The notes below the pieces were generated by a model. The model made no database searches and was not told the DNA's origin. It was given only the letters and a program-made list of their open reading frames with translations. From Octopus bimaculoides (lineage: Eukaryota), in the NCBI RefSeq assembly GCF_001194135.2, contig NC_068987.1, positions 3,458,591-3,522,590 of the forward strand: a DNA stretch of 64,000 nt, in the 5' to 3' direction. Both the position numbers and the translations under genes were made by a program. Shown here in pieces: positions 12,185 through 25,795 of this stretch; the first letter of the stretch is position 1, and the number at the start of each line of letters is the position of its first letter.

Positions 12185-12340
12185 ATGTACGGAATGAACA
12201 ACCAAAATATTAGCAGTTCGGAGTCTAAAGACTTGGAGAAATTCCTGCGGAGCTTTTCAATTATTGCAGTGCAGGCCATTGTCCAGTCTCGGTTAGGTGA
12301 AAGGATCCAAACGAAAAATTCTTCACCTTCACAATATTGG
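12185..12340 (+). CDS. ATG13: ATG13 coding exon 1 (MYGMNNQ...KDLEKFLRSFSIIAVQAIVQSRLGERIQTKNSSPSQYW), HORMA N-terminus
   Basis: KDLEKF and IVQSRLGE match human KDLDKF..IVQARLGEK; donor TGG|gtatgt, phase 0. The start could also be ATG 12194 or an upstream exon. Confidence 0.93.
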
Positions 12341-15257
12341 GTATGTAAAAACTATTTGATAATTCTTCTCACATCGTTAACATGTTTCTTATTATGTAAT
12401 TGTTTATTTAATGTCTTGTGTACTTTTTAATCTTTGTACTTCGTGTTTATCAAGTTTGTTTTGTAAACGAATCCTTATAATAATAAACAGGTACCGCTTG
12501 TATAGTACCACATTTGTTCGTTTTTCGATCAACTTCTAAAAAACTTGTCTTCATGAAGATTCCATTCTAAAAACGAAATGTTTAATAAATTATTTTCATA
12601 ATTACTCCACTCTGAATAAGCGAACAAGGGAGCCACTCCCTTGTTCGCTTGCCTTACTAGAAACAACAAATAAACCTTTTATATGACACTCCTATAAAAA
12701 AAAATAGTAAACGGGTACATTGGAGATCGGGGTGTAGTGTCTTTAGAAAGAAATAAACGAAAAGAAATAAGAAAAGACTTGGTAGTCACGACAGGACTGT
12801 CTTTCACCATGTCTACTGTATAACGACTGACTTGAAGCAAAATAACAACAATAATTCCAGCTGAACAACATCTTTGAAAGCCTTCATCTGGCAGACATTC
12901 TTCACTTGACCTAGTTTGAAATACTAGAGACGGCGACGTGTCATGTTCTTATCACATTACACGATAATAAACTTAGTTTTCAGATTAGTTGGGTTAAACT
13001 AGATTTATTGTATTGAAGTGTCTATCTCTATTTCCTGGTTGTGTGTTCTAAGGTACTCCACAATTTGCATCGACTCTTGTTGAAGTACATTAAATCAATG
13101 CAAAAATGACAAGCATTTATCTAGTGTTGTTGTTTCGCCAGACCAAAGGCATTTAATTTGTGACTGTCACGTATAGCTTTTAAAAGGTAGGGTGTATATG
13201 TATATGTAGGATTACATTATCCAATGTGTTTTCCCTTAAGACAGTAGGGTATGAATTAAGGGAAATTTGGCTGCTATTTCATGCAGAGGGAGCGTCCTCG
13301 TAGAAGTTCCTCTTATTGGCGCGTCAAGTCATATTTATTTCAACTAGATCGATATTTTTGATCATGTATGGGATATAAATACTAATTTTTTTTGCCAGTA
13401 ATGTTCTATATATATTCTTCGTACACCCTCTACTCACTTGACTTCTTATGTCTGATGTTGTTTATTAGATCATTTCTAAATTATTTCAGTTATTTTATTC
13501 TAGGGAGGTACTAAAAAACAGCCCCTCCCTTTCTTGTTTATCTCGATCTTCACGAAGATTTCTCAACCCTTTCGAGCCATTAAGGATGTTATTCCAGACT
13601 AAACTTTTAATGCTTTTTAATTTCCACTTCAGTGTTCAAAATGTAAATCTAGTTTTTCTATTCTAAGTTCATAATCTCTATTGTAAATCGTTCGACTATT
13701 TGAATGGACCCTATTTCTATATTTGTGTTGCAAGTTATTTTGCCGTAGTTTCTTTAATAATAATACAAGTTAGTTTGATCATGTTCGGATTTGTCTTAAT
13801 ATTTTAGCTTCAATAAAAGCATTTAGTTGCATGCCTTTACGTTCTGGTTTCAAATCGTGTCGACGCTGGCTTTGCTTTTCCTCCTTCCCAGAGTTGATAA
13901 ATTACCAGTTTTCTGAGAAACTGGTGTCGATTTAATCTAAGACTAAAAAAAAAATTTCATTAAAAAATATTCATTCTTCTGAAAGTTATGACCTCCCAAA
14001 GTCTGGTAGGTAAAACCCTGTAGTTATGCCCTTTGTGCCTATGCTACAAATCAATAATAGCAACTGTAAAAATCAATGTGTGCACGTAAAGAGAGTGCAT
14101 TTTCTTTTAATGTCTCGATCACCTGCTTGGTGTTGAGTATAATGTGCGATGAGAGATAAAGAGGGAACGATGGAGATGGATGGAACGAGGAATTATTGTA
14201 GAAAGCTGAATTCAATATATTGTAATTAGTTAATATATATTAATTGCCATAGAAGTGCACCACAATTGTAGTGTACTATAACAATAACAATGATAATTAA
14301 ACTAAATTAACAGCATGCAATAGTATATATTACTATAAGTATTTTAATAATAATGCTTAATTACAATTGTGTTAAATTAGTAAATACAAACGTGCCTTGA
14401 AACACACACACACACGTACGTATGTACGTACTTATATATGTATGGCTCGACTGATTATTAAAGCCATGTACAATCGTGTGACTTGTTCTGGTGAAAATCT
14501 GTTTATAAGCTTAGCTCTGCCTTCAAATGTAGTTGTAACGCCTCACAAGATCCTGTCAAACATGTGGCTGAATTATTGACTATTTTGAGACGATGATGAC
14601 GCTCGGACTTCGGAGAGGGATAAATAAAATAAATCTCCAAAGACAGGAGTAGAGACATCTGCAGTATTTTATTTCATTTTCATCGTCTTTTACCTTTAGA
14701 TAAAATGCAATTACTACTCTTCGGTGTAATTTAATGGGTTAAGATGTTCTTATTTATATGCAGTGGAAGAAGTTGACAAACAGAATGGTTCGTTTTACAA
14801 GCATCCCTAATGACTTACAAGCATTTCACTACCCTCTTTCTTCAGAGAAGAATTAAGTGTCCATTTAGAATCTTCTATAATGTAAACTCCGAAGAATTCT
14901 CTCTACTTTTGGTACATATAGGAAGAAGTACGAAACATCTTAACCCATGTTAACCCACTATCCTCGTTTGAGGACAGTTGTACTTGGTTTGTTAACTGAT
15001 CGCAACATAGTGCTTGTATTTATTTAACCATTGTATTTGGTTTATTTACTGCAATAAAAGTTAACTGGACGCTTCCGAATGTTCGTTATCCTTATTTATG
15101 TAACTACCTTCGAAATTTCGACAGAAATCGCAAAATTAAAAACCTGGGTTAAAATGGGTTAATACTTTCACATAGGTCGCCTTTATAATAATTTTTATCA
15201 GATACGCAATACTATAAAATTGAAGGGATATAAGTCGATTCTTTTCCTGTTGATATT

Positions 15258-15440
15258 TAACCCTTTAGCATTTAAATTACTGACAAATGTAATGTTTATT
15301 TATCCACATTATTTTGAATTAATCATGCATTATCTCATAGCTTTGGGATTTTGATGGTATGATTGTTTATCATTGGAATGACATTGTAGGGTAGGTGTGA
15401 GAAGCCCAACATGGCCAGTTTGAATACTGAAGGCTTAAAT
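15258..15440 (+). mobile_element. piggyBac-like non-autonomous MITE (TTAA-CCCTTTAGCATT terminus)
   Basis: ttaaccctttagcatt...ttttgaattaatcatgcattatctc...; second copy about 33893-34090, reverse copy about 39080-39222 ending aatgctaaagggttaa. Confidence 0.6.
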
Positions 15441-16906
15441 GTGTATTAAAATTCAACACGTGACAACTTCAAGAAACGAAAAAAAACTTTGTAAAATCTG
15501 CCAATGTTGTTAAACACCTTTCTCAGGAGAATATGTCATAGAATTGTTTTTTATTTGGTCTTCATCAGTTAACATCCTTGTTACAATGCTAGCATGAATC
15601 GGCTGGTTTGACAGGATCCAATGGACCCAAGGATTGCATCTTGCTCCAATGGCATGGTTTCTATACCTGGATCAGTGGCGGCTTGTGTATAGGCACTGCA
15701 GAACTGCAGCACCAACTATTTCCACTCAATATTATTGATTAACATTCAACATAATGAGTCCTTTTTTCTTCAATTCTTTCTTTATCGTTGTACATTGTAT
15801 AACCTTTAAGCTTAATGTCAGTAGCCATGCCCTCGTTTATGAAGAAAATACAAAAATCCTTGTATAGAACTGTGCACTTCACCGTTCCAACATGGTGTTT
15901 GGCTGTTGTGTGCATGCTCACGTGTCCAAGATAGAAAGCTTCACACCAGGGAGAGAGAGAGCACTGGTTCACGCAGTTCCGGTCCACGTGTGTTGTGCTT
16001 AAAAATATGTTTATACTCTCGAATGTGATAAAGTGTAGAATTAGATTATTCTCCTGCTTCCAGCTACAGTGTTACTGCCAGGATTTGAAAAATAGAGCAG
16101 ATTTTCCTCCCTTATTTTGTGATTTAGGGGGGATTTTTGAGAAACAAGGGGGAATTCGCAGCCACGTTCAGTGAACAAATTAAACACACTCCCTGGCAGT
16201 GGCTAAAACATGAACTGATGAAGTTTATGTATGAATATTCTTTTCATGTTTCTTTCCTTTTACACAATATTAAAACAATGGCTGAAAATTTTCTGAAGCA
16301 GCAACACCACTAATTTTACCTACAAGCTGCCACTGACCTGAATGCTCTTTTTAATGCCACCTACTTTATAGCTGGGGGCTTGTTTTTGTGGCAGCAGCAA
16401 TAATAAGGCCACCGTGCGAATTGCAAGGCTATGAACCCCAGGGGAGTGACTTTATGCAAAGGGATGAGGAGTATATTGGGATAAAGTATGAGAGAAAAGG
16501 GCCAGAGTAGAGAAGGTTTATAACTGTAGAGGAGCTACCATGACTACTCACAGTTTAGAAGAGAGGGTGGGTGTGAGTGGGTTGAATGGGAAGCTATAAA
16601 AAATGGTGGTGATGAGTTGGTCAGGGTGGAACTTTGAGGTACATGAGTGGAGCAGAGGGACCAGGAGTGAGTGAGAAAGGAGAGGATATCTGATAGTGTG
16701 GAGCAACAGAATAAAAATGATGATGCTGTAAACAAAAGAATGAAAGAGAGATGATACACTGTTGGGTAGATTATAGGAATGGATGAGGATGAAGAATTAG
16801 TTGGAACGAAATGTTGCTATTTTCCTGTTTCCTATGTTAAAGAATCTGTTACTTTATAACTTTTTGGCAATGCCTAACAATGATTAAACATTCTTGTCTC
16901 TTTCAG

Positions 16907-17481
16907 TTTTCTCCGACTTTGAAAGATGTGCCAGAATTGAATCGACACGCTCGAAGTTTTACAACTGGTTATCAACCTCTCTCGGGACAAACAGTGTGTG
17001 TTGAAATTTCTCTTAAAACCACTGAAGGGGATTCTATGGTTTTGGAAACCTGGCACATGGGTCTGAAGATGTCCAGTGACAATAAAGAAAATCAGGATCG
17101 TGAAAACAGAGTACCACATGTCCTTTATTCAAAGATGTGTCTAGCCTTGCGGTCGTTAATCTACACTTCCAGAATCACTCCTGGTTACACATTATCTCGA
17201 AAGCAAGGGCCTGATAATTACATTATATGTTACAAGATATACTATGGCACACCTCAGTTACATGAACTGGGGCCAGATCATCAAAGGTTAAAAGCAGGAC
17301 GGTTTCCAACGTCAATGGGAATTATGTCCATTATTGTTGATTATCGAACAAACATGCAGATTTCTCAGCATAAAACCACAAAACACATTGCTATTGAAAT
17401 GAAAGATGACCATTACAAAGCTGAAACCGGGAGTCCTCGTAAAAGCACAGCTCCTCGGCCGTGCCATCCGGGGCACAGAAG
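16907..17481 (+). CDS. ATG13: ATG13 coding exon 2, HORMA core
   Basis: Acceptor ctctttcag|TTT, donor AG|gtaaag (phase 2). CVEISLKTTEGDSMVLETW, SRITPGYTLSRKQG and YKIYYG match ATG13. Confidence 0.97.
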
Positions 17482-17867
17482 GTAAAGAATGTTTTATTTT
17501 TACTATTATCAAATTTAGATTTAAATCTATGTTTATTTAACTTAGTGTTTTGTTGGATTAAACTGGAAAAGAATTAATTAACATGGGTCTTGCTAATGTG
17601 GTTGATCTCAAAATGTTGAGCCCCACAGAGGAGGTGCTAAAGGCCTGAGCAGACTGGGGATTTGCTGTGCATGAGAAGACCTGTCTGTTGTAGTGAAAGT
17701 GAGGTCCTAAAAGCATTGCTTGTGATTATACACTCACTGGGTACTGCTCCAGTACCTTATTTGCTCCTGTTTGGCATCAACATTTGTTCACTATGAAATA
17801 AATCATTTGTGCAGGTCGTTCGGCAGCAGCTGAACAATCACACGTCGTCTTCGACGGGAAAGTCCAT

Positions 17868-17898
<31 letters not shown>

Positions 17899-17918
17899 GG
17901 GGTCGATTCATCCGACTA

Positions 17919-18080
17919 GGCGCAGGAGTGGCTGTGTGGTATGTAGCTTGCTTACCAACCACATGGTTCCAGGTTCATTCCCACTGTGTGGCACCTTGGG
18001 CAAGTGTCTTCTACTATAGCCTCTGGCTGACCAAAGTCTTGTGAGTGGATTTTGTAGACGGAAACTAAAAGAACCCCATC

Positions 18081-18116
<36 letters not shown>

Positions 18117-18450
18117 GGGGTCGATTCATCCGACTAGGCGCAGGAGTGGCTGTGTGGTATGTAGCTTGCTTACCAACCACATGGTTCCAGGTTCATTCCC
18201 ACTGTGTGGCACCTTGGGCAAGTGTCTTCTACTATAGCCTCTGGCTGACCAAAGTCTTGTGAGTGGATTTTGTAGACGGAAACTAAAAGAACCCCATCGT
18301 ATATATATATATATATATATATGCATGTATGTGTATGTTTGTGTGTCTGTGTTTGTCCCCCCAACATCGCTCGATAACCGATGGTGGTGTGTTTACGTCC
18401 CCGTAACTTAGCGGTTCAGCAAAAGAGACTGATAGAATAAGTACCAGGCT
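17919..18450 (+). mobile_element. SINE family A with an exact 218-bp tandem duplication of its head
   Basis: The unit starting at 17894 recurs at 18112, bounded by (AT)n; the second copy continues into the SINE tail. Confidence 0.8.
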
Positions 18451-18497
18451 TTAAACAAATCCAAACAAGTACCAAAACTAGTCATTAGATTGTCGCC

Positions 18498-18870
18498 ATG
18501 CTGGGGCACCGCTTTGAAGAAATTTTAGTCAGATAAATTAACCCCAGTACTTATTTTTTAAGCCAGGTGCTTATTCTATCAGTCTCTTTTGACAAACCAC
18601 CAAGTTACAGTGATATAAACACACCAACACCAGTTGTCAAATGATGGTGGAGGATAAACACAAAGATGTACACACAAGCACACTTATATATGTATACACA
18701 CACACACACACACCCGATGGGTTTCTATCAGTTTCCATCAATGAAACCCACTCACAAAGTTTTGGTCAGCCTGAGGTTATAGTAGCAAACACTTGCCCAA
18801 GGTGCCACGCAGCAGGACTGAACCCGGAACCATGTGGTTGTGAAATAAGCTTCTCACTATGCAGCCATGC
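18498..18870 (-). mobile_element. SINE family A, inverted relative to the preceding copy
   Basis: Reverse complement of head and tail; aagccaggtgcttattctatcagtctcttttg pairs with aaaagagactgatagaataagtaccaggcttt. Confidence 0.8.
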
Positions 18871-20137
18871 CTTATTGCTTGGTTATTTTTAGCTGTTGTT
18901 TTTTCTTTCTATTTTTATGACTTCAAATATCTTAACACTGACTTAATTTTGTAGTTTTTTTTTGTTTTGTTTCTTGTTGGTCTGGTTCTAGTTTGTGACG
19001 GTAATTTATTTCAGAATTATAGGTTGATAAATTTATTACGTCACTAAATAAAACTATGCCTTTGTTTCTGTTCCACTTATAACATCCTCTGGAACAATTA
19101 ATTTCTGATGAGCATGATTAGTCATTATGATCTGTGATGTGTCTATTGGTTGAGAAGTCCCCAAACACAATATCAGCCACTTTGGAGACCCCTGGGTTAG
19201 GGTATTCAACTCACGATTGTAAGGTCATGAGTTCGATTCCTGGTGGCGCATCGTGTCCTTGAGCAAGACACTTTATTTCACATTACTCCATTCCATTCTG
19301 TTGGCAAAAATGAGTTGTACCTGTAATTCAAAGGGGGCCCACCATGTCACATTCCGTGTCATGCTGAATCTTCCAGAGAACTATGTTAAGGGACTCAGCC
19401 ACTTGTACATTAATTTCTTGAGCAGGTTGTTCTATCGATTGAATCAACTGAAATATTTGTTGCCATAACAGACAGAGCGCCAGTTTTTAATTGCAGAGAG
19501 CATTAATAATAGTTTTGGTACCAACTTTTCCAAGAACATCCCTGATTTTCATATGGAACCGTTTCCTCTTGGTGTGTTTATATTTAAATTGAAAACCCTA
19601 TTTATATTGGAGGATAGGAGACTCTTTTAAACATGGCCATTTTGGCGCTGCTGATTCAACACTGACTTACTTCACATCAAATGTCATGTTTTTCTCATCT
19701 CGTTATTTATTTATCTCTCTTTCTCTCTGTAAGCGTCTTGTTATATTTGTATGTATGTGTAATGTCTCTCTTCTCTCTCTCTCCTATCTCCCCTCTTCCT
19801 GCACTTGTATATTTCTATGTGCGTGTAAGTGTTTGTCCCCAACCACTGCTTGAAAACCAGTGTTGGTTTTTTTACATCCATGTAACAACAGACCGGCTAG
19901 ATAGACCAATAGAACACACACCAGGCTTAAAAACGAAAATAATTACCGATGTGAATTTGTTCAGATAAACCCTTCAGAGCAGTGCCCCAGCATGGCCCCA
20001 GCCTCCTGAATGAAACAAGCAAAAGTTGGTTAATTGTTTGGAGAGTAAACAAACTCAACGATGCCATACGCCTGGGTGAATCTCTCTGACTGTGAAGATA
20101 GAAGAACATTGGTTATGTAATCTAAAACTGGATGACA

Positions 20138-20172
<35 letters not shown>

Positions 20173-20483
20173 CTCGAGAATTGTGGTGAGTTATCAAAGA
20201 CATCTGCCGACATATCTAACAGAAGGTGGTTGTGAAGAGAGAAAGAGACTCCATTCTTTGCTACATTCCACTTTTGTTGTATTACTAGTATCATATTTAC
20301 AAGTCATTTACCTACGTGCAGCCAGCCTCCTATTGGCACCCGAATGACACATTTAGTGGGGATGGATTTCAGGAAGAATGCCTTATGTANNNNNNNNNNT
20401 ATGTACTTTGGCTTTATAGCTAAAATGACTAGATTTGGTGATACAAACAAAAAAAAAAAAAAATAGAACTCAAAAAATAAGTA

Positions 20484-20850
20484 GGCATGGCTGTGTGGTA
20501 AGAAGCTTGCTTCCCAACCACATGGTTCCAGGTTCAGTCCTACTGTGTTGCACCTTGGACAAGTGTCTTCTACTATAGCCTCGGGCCGACCAAAGCCTTG
20601 TGAGTGGATTTGGTTGACAGAAATATATATATATATGTATGTATTTGTTGGTCTATGTTTGTCCCTCCCCACCATCGCTTGACACCAATGTTGGTGTGTT
20701 TACATCTCTGTAACTTAGCGGTTTGGCAAAGAAGACCGATAGAATAAGTACTAGGCTTACAGAAAATAAGTCCTGGAGGTCGATTTATTCGACTAAAGGC
20801 AGTACTCCAGCATGGTCGCAGTCACATGACTGAAACAAGTAAAAGAATAA
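20484..20850 (+). mobile_element. SINE family A, full length
   Basis: Head ggcatggctgtgtggtaagaagc through tail tgactgaaacaagtaaaagaat; further copies near 23940, 24880-25215, 33055, 34870, 37825, 38680 and 48630-49020. Confidence 0.8.
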
Positions 20851-23690
20851 AAAAGCGTCTTTCTCATCTTTAAACATCTGCCCCCACCCGAGTGTGGTCA
20901 ATGTCAGTGGCCCCTGACTGGCTCCTGTGCCAGTGGAACTTAAAAGCACCATCCGAATGTGGTCGATGCCAGTGTCCCCTGATTGGCACCCATGCTGGTG
21001 GCACATAAAAAGCACCACCTGAATGTTGCCTTTTATCAGGGTCAATGAAGTACCAGTCAAATACTGGGGTCCATGTAATAGACTTGTCCCTTCCTCCCAA
21101 AATATCTGTCAAATGTAAATAATGTACATAATTCCTCATCTTTTAAATATAGAACTGTATTACATAATGATACTGTTTGGAATAATATCTCAAGTAAAAT
21201 TTGATAACGAATGATCAATTAATAATGAAAATATAAAAGTGGAAAGTATTTTTTCTCTTCACTGGCGGGAAGTTGATGAATAGGTGCATATAAATCCATA
21301 TAAAAGATATACAGACATGCAGCACAGTGATGTAAACATGAATGATAATCAGCAGGTCCTGGGTAATTGAGCATTGTGGATGGTTGCTAGGGTGTGCTTT
21401 TTGTGGTCCAGGCATAATCTTTCACTGATCACCCACCCATGTTATCAGAGATTAGTCTGTGATAAGCGTAAGACAGTTCTTAATTGAGCGTCCTGTATTA
21501 TCCTGGATCAGTGATGAAAGAATTAGTGATAAAGGAGTATAGATACCACATTTAACTCTGCCAGTCTGTCTGACTGTTAAAAGAAAAAAAAAAGTAAAAA
21601 AGGAAGACCCAAATATGTCAGAGTTGACAAATGACGAAAGATAAACAGCTGTAAAAACTTTTCTTTCAATCATTATCATCATCATCATCATTTAACGTCC
21701 GCTTTCCATGCTAGCATGGGTTGGACGGTTTGACTGAGGACTGGCAAGCCAAAAGGCTGCACCAGGCCCCAATCTGATCTGACAATGTTTCTACAGCTGG
21801 ATGCCCTTCCTAACGCCAACCACTCTGAGAGTGTAGTGGGTGCTTTTTACGTGCCACCAGCACGGGAGCCAGTCAGCCAGCATTGGCAACGACCACGCTC
21901 AAATGGTGCTTTTTACATGTCATGATTTTCCTCCAGCCCACATAATCACACACATATGCACCCATGCACACACACACTATTAATTCCTACATTTTTTTTC
22001 TTCTTGAGCCCAGTTTGGTTTCCATGATGTCTACAAGTGACTGAGATCACACCATTCCTCTGTACTGACACTGATCCCTTACAACCTTCAAGGTTAGCAA
22101 TCTTGGGAGGAAGGGACAGGTCAATTACATGGACCCCAGTACTTGACTGGTACTTCATTGACCCTGAAGGGATAAAAGGCAAAAATTGACCACGGTGGGA
22201 TTTGAACCTGAAAGAAATGATGCTGAGCCATTTCCATCTGACATGCTAACAATTCTACCAGCTCACAGCCTGTAATTTCTAAACCCCCCCCAGTTATCTT
22301 CATAACTCTAGCTATGCTTTCTATTGAAATCTTAAACCCATTCTGTATCCACACTGCCTGCTAATCTGCTATCTTTGATTTACCATGATTAAAATATTCC
22401 TATTTAAAACTTATCTTCTCTGGTTTCCCATCTGTTACCTTTAAATGGGTCATATCTTCAAGAGATGAAGAAAAGTTGGTCAATATCTCTCTTTCTCTCT
22501 CAGTATCTTTGGTAACTTCAGATTCCATAATCCCCAGGCCTCACTTAGTCTTAAAGCTAAAATAGTTACTAATCTTCAAAGATTTGCAGCAGCCAAACTC
22601 AAATTTGCCAAACACCTAAATCCTATTTTCTTTCTGCCACTTCCGTGATTACAATATTTTACACAAGTTTCAAATTTTCTTGTTATCATCAACTCCAACA
22701 ACATTGTGGCCCTGTCTTATGCCTATGCAGCAATGAGGAAGCCTCCCTGTTGTTTCTCAACCCACTAGAAATAGCAGCATCTTTCAAATCTTACCTCTTA
22801 ATGGGAAAGACCACATTAGATAACAAACTCCTTAATCAGTTGTGGGCAGCTGTTTATGAGAATTAGGCCATGTGAAACATAACTCATAATTAGGTATGCC
22901 ATTCAGAAAGTACCTGAAACAGCAGGTTGTTAGTAACTATCCTAAATCCTAAACAAGAGCACTTAGAGAGTGCAAACATCCGCCAAGGCAACAGCAATGT
23001 CCCCTCAACGATTAGCCAGAGATGATTTTCAAAATGAGAATATCTGAAATAAACTTGACTGCTCTCACAAATGAGAAAAATATTAAAAATGAATCCAATC
23101 GCTCTCAAAAATTAAGTCCAATAGATCTGTTATTTTAATGAATTTTAATTACCTTTTTTTTGATGATATCTGAAAAGAAACAACAATTTTTAGCAAATCG
23201 TATTAAGCGACACTAATAATAAATCAGAAAACATAAAAATAAACAAGCTTTTGATGGTTTTATAGATATTTCAAAATTATGATGCTAGGTGTTTCCATTA
23301 TTTTGTCTCACCCCCGTATGTATATATGCATGTGTATGTATATATATGTATATATGTGTGTAGCCTTGGAGAAACATCATCATACAAGTGAGGTTGTTTA
23401 TTGCCAGTCTTTTGCATGAACATGTCTAGTTAAGGGGAAATATTACTTAGCTTGGAAGCAGGTAATGTTCAGCAACAGGAAGAGCAGCCAGCCATAGAAA
23501 TTGTACCTCAATGAATTCCGTCTGACCCATACAAGCATGGCAATGTGGACATTAAATGATGATGAATTTCCTTTTCATGTTAGTGGTTTTTTTTTTTTTT
23601 ATCAGATATTTTGTAATTCTTTTAATATTTAGTTTTGTTAGTATTTAAATGTTTTTTGGGTTTTTTTTCTGTTTTATTTTTTAAACTCAG

Positions 23691-23879
23691 GATTGGCAAT
23701 ATACCTGAAAATATCAGCACCAATGAAGTAGATGGTCAACAAGGTCCTTTTTATGACTGTACCGTAGATATTGAACAACAGATTTCTAATCCAGTAGTGA
23801 ATGGTTACGTACCGAAATCACAACCGATTGATATTCGCCAACAAGTAAATGGCCACAGAAATGAATGTGAATTCTCTGA
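23691..23879 (+). CDS. ATG13: ATG13 coding exon 3 (disordered region, ...PKSQPIDIRQQ...)
   Basis: T-rich acceptor aaactcag|G, donor GA|gtaagt; 189 nt, phase 2-2, open frame linking exons 2 and 4. Confidence 0.85.
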
Positions 23880-25006
23880 GTAAGTATTCTTGATACAACT
23901 TGGAATGATTGAATTTAATTTACTATAAAAGAATCAAGGTGCAGGGGTGGCTGTGAAGTTTGCTTTTTAGCCACATGGTTCCGAGTTCAATCCCACTGCA
24001 TGCCACCTTTGGCAAGTGTCTTCTTCTATAGCCCTGGGCTGACAAAAGCCTTGTGTTTGGATTTCATAGATGGAAGCTTAAAGAGGCCTGTTATGTGTGT
24101 GTGTGTGTGTGTGTGTGTGTAAACATTTAACATCCATTTTCCATGCTGACATGGGTTGGACAATTTGACAGGGTCTGGCAAACCCTAGGGTCATGTCAAG
24201 TTTCAGGATCAGCTTTGGTATGATTTCTATGGCTGGACACCCTTCATAATGCCAACCACTTTGCAGCATGTTTTCAGTGTTTTTTTTTTTTTTTGTGCCG
24301 TCAGCACTCGTTAGATTTCCAAGTAACTTGCAAGACGAGGAAAGAAAATGAAAAATGAAAAAAAAACAACAACCCTTTCTTTCTCTCTTTCTCAGACATT
24401 CTTTCCTGGTGCCCAAGCCATGAATTCACCTTTTCAGTTAGACAACTGCCCCTCTCACTCTATCTTAGTTTCTTATCTCTCCATGCTGTACTCCACTCAG
24501 TTAAGGGGTCTTGTCTTGTGGGTACTTGGTGACCTTACTGGTGCTGGTGCCGTTTAAAAAGCACCCGGTACACTGCGTAAAGTGGTTGGCATTAGGAAGG
24601 GCATCCAGCCGTAGCAGACATGGAACCTGTCAGAGACCTCTGGCTCATCTGCTCTTGTCAAACTGTCCAACCCATGCCAGCAGGGAAAAGAGGACGCTAA
24701 AAGATGATGACCTATTTATTTGTCTGGACCGTGTGAAAGTGACTTTTTATGATGGTAACATAATAGGTAGATTTTATGGATGTCGTTGGGACTACTTTTT
24801 GGACCATGTACAGATTTGTAAACCCTTTTGTGACGTCATTTCTACCCTTCCTGTTTCTTTATACGCAGGACACTATTTGCTCTGCAACCACCTGGTTTTG
24901 GTTTCAGTCCCACTGCAAGACATCTTGGGCAAGTGTCTTCTACTATAGCCTCGGCCAGAATCTTTTGTGTCTGAGATCGGTAGAGGAAAACTGTGTGGAA
25001 GCCTAA

Positions 25007-25041
<35 letters not shown>

Positions 25042-25753
25042 TCCGCCACCGTTTGACAACCAGTGCTGGTTAGTTTGGTAACTTAGCGGTTCGGCGAAAG
25101 CAAACGATAAAATACGTACCAGACTTTATAAAGAAAAAAATAAGCACAGGAGTCGATGTCTTCGACTAAATCCCTTTCAGGCAGTGCTCCGGCATGGCTG
25201 CAGTCCAACGACTGACACACGTAGAATATCAAATTAATATTCAAACAGGGGAGGGAGAGAAAAAACGTGCACCTGCAAACTTTCTTTTCGATTTCAGTCA
25301 GTTCTCCCATCAAGTTACTTCCCTTGAAATGTATTCGCATCAGTCATTGTCTCTTGTTAATCTACAGGGGTTTTTTTTTTTATGATTCATGTAGAAAATT
25401 TTCTTTGGAATACTGGCATTCCTCAGAAGAGGTCGACCAAATTTTAATTGAAAAGACTATTGCTTAACCTCTTAATGTTGTGATTTATGCACTGATATTC
25501 TTTATAATATTCAAAAAAACGATCTTATTAATCAAAAATGATCACTAATATCTATGCGAGATCATCATCGATTAGAAATGCATATTATGTGTGATCTATT
25601 GCAATCGAGGTACATTTTGCTTTATATATTTTTATACTTCAACTTATTCAAAGTGTTTCCTTCGTTTTTCTTTATATATTTATTTTCTGTTTATAAAAAA
25701 CACATATTTTTTTCTAACTCATATTCGGTTTCTTTCTGTGATTTTGTCGAATG

Positions 25754-25795
<42 letters not shown>

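Noticed and set aside
19195-19270. tRNA-like A/B boxes (gagttcgattcc) here and at other SINE heads
   Set aside because: No cloverleaf; they run into SINE body sequence and recur as dispersed repeats.
20880-21030. About 60-bp tandem units and other repeat-spacer-like patterns as a CRISPR-like array
   Set aside because: Eukaryotic context; the units are internal subrepeats of repeat family C with no unique spacers.
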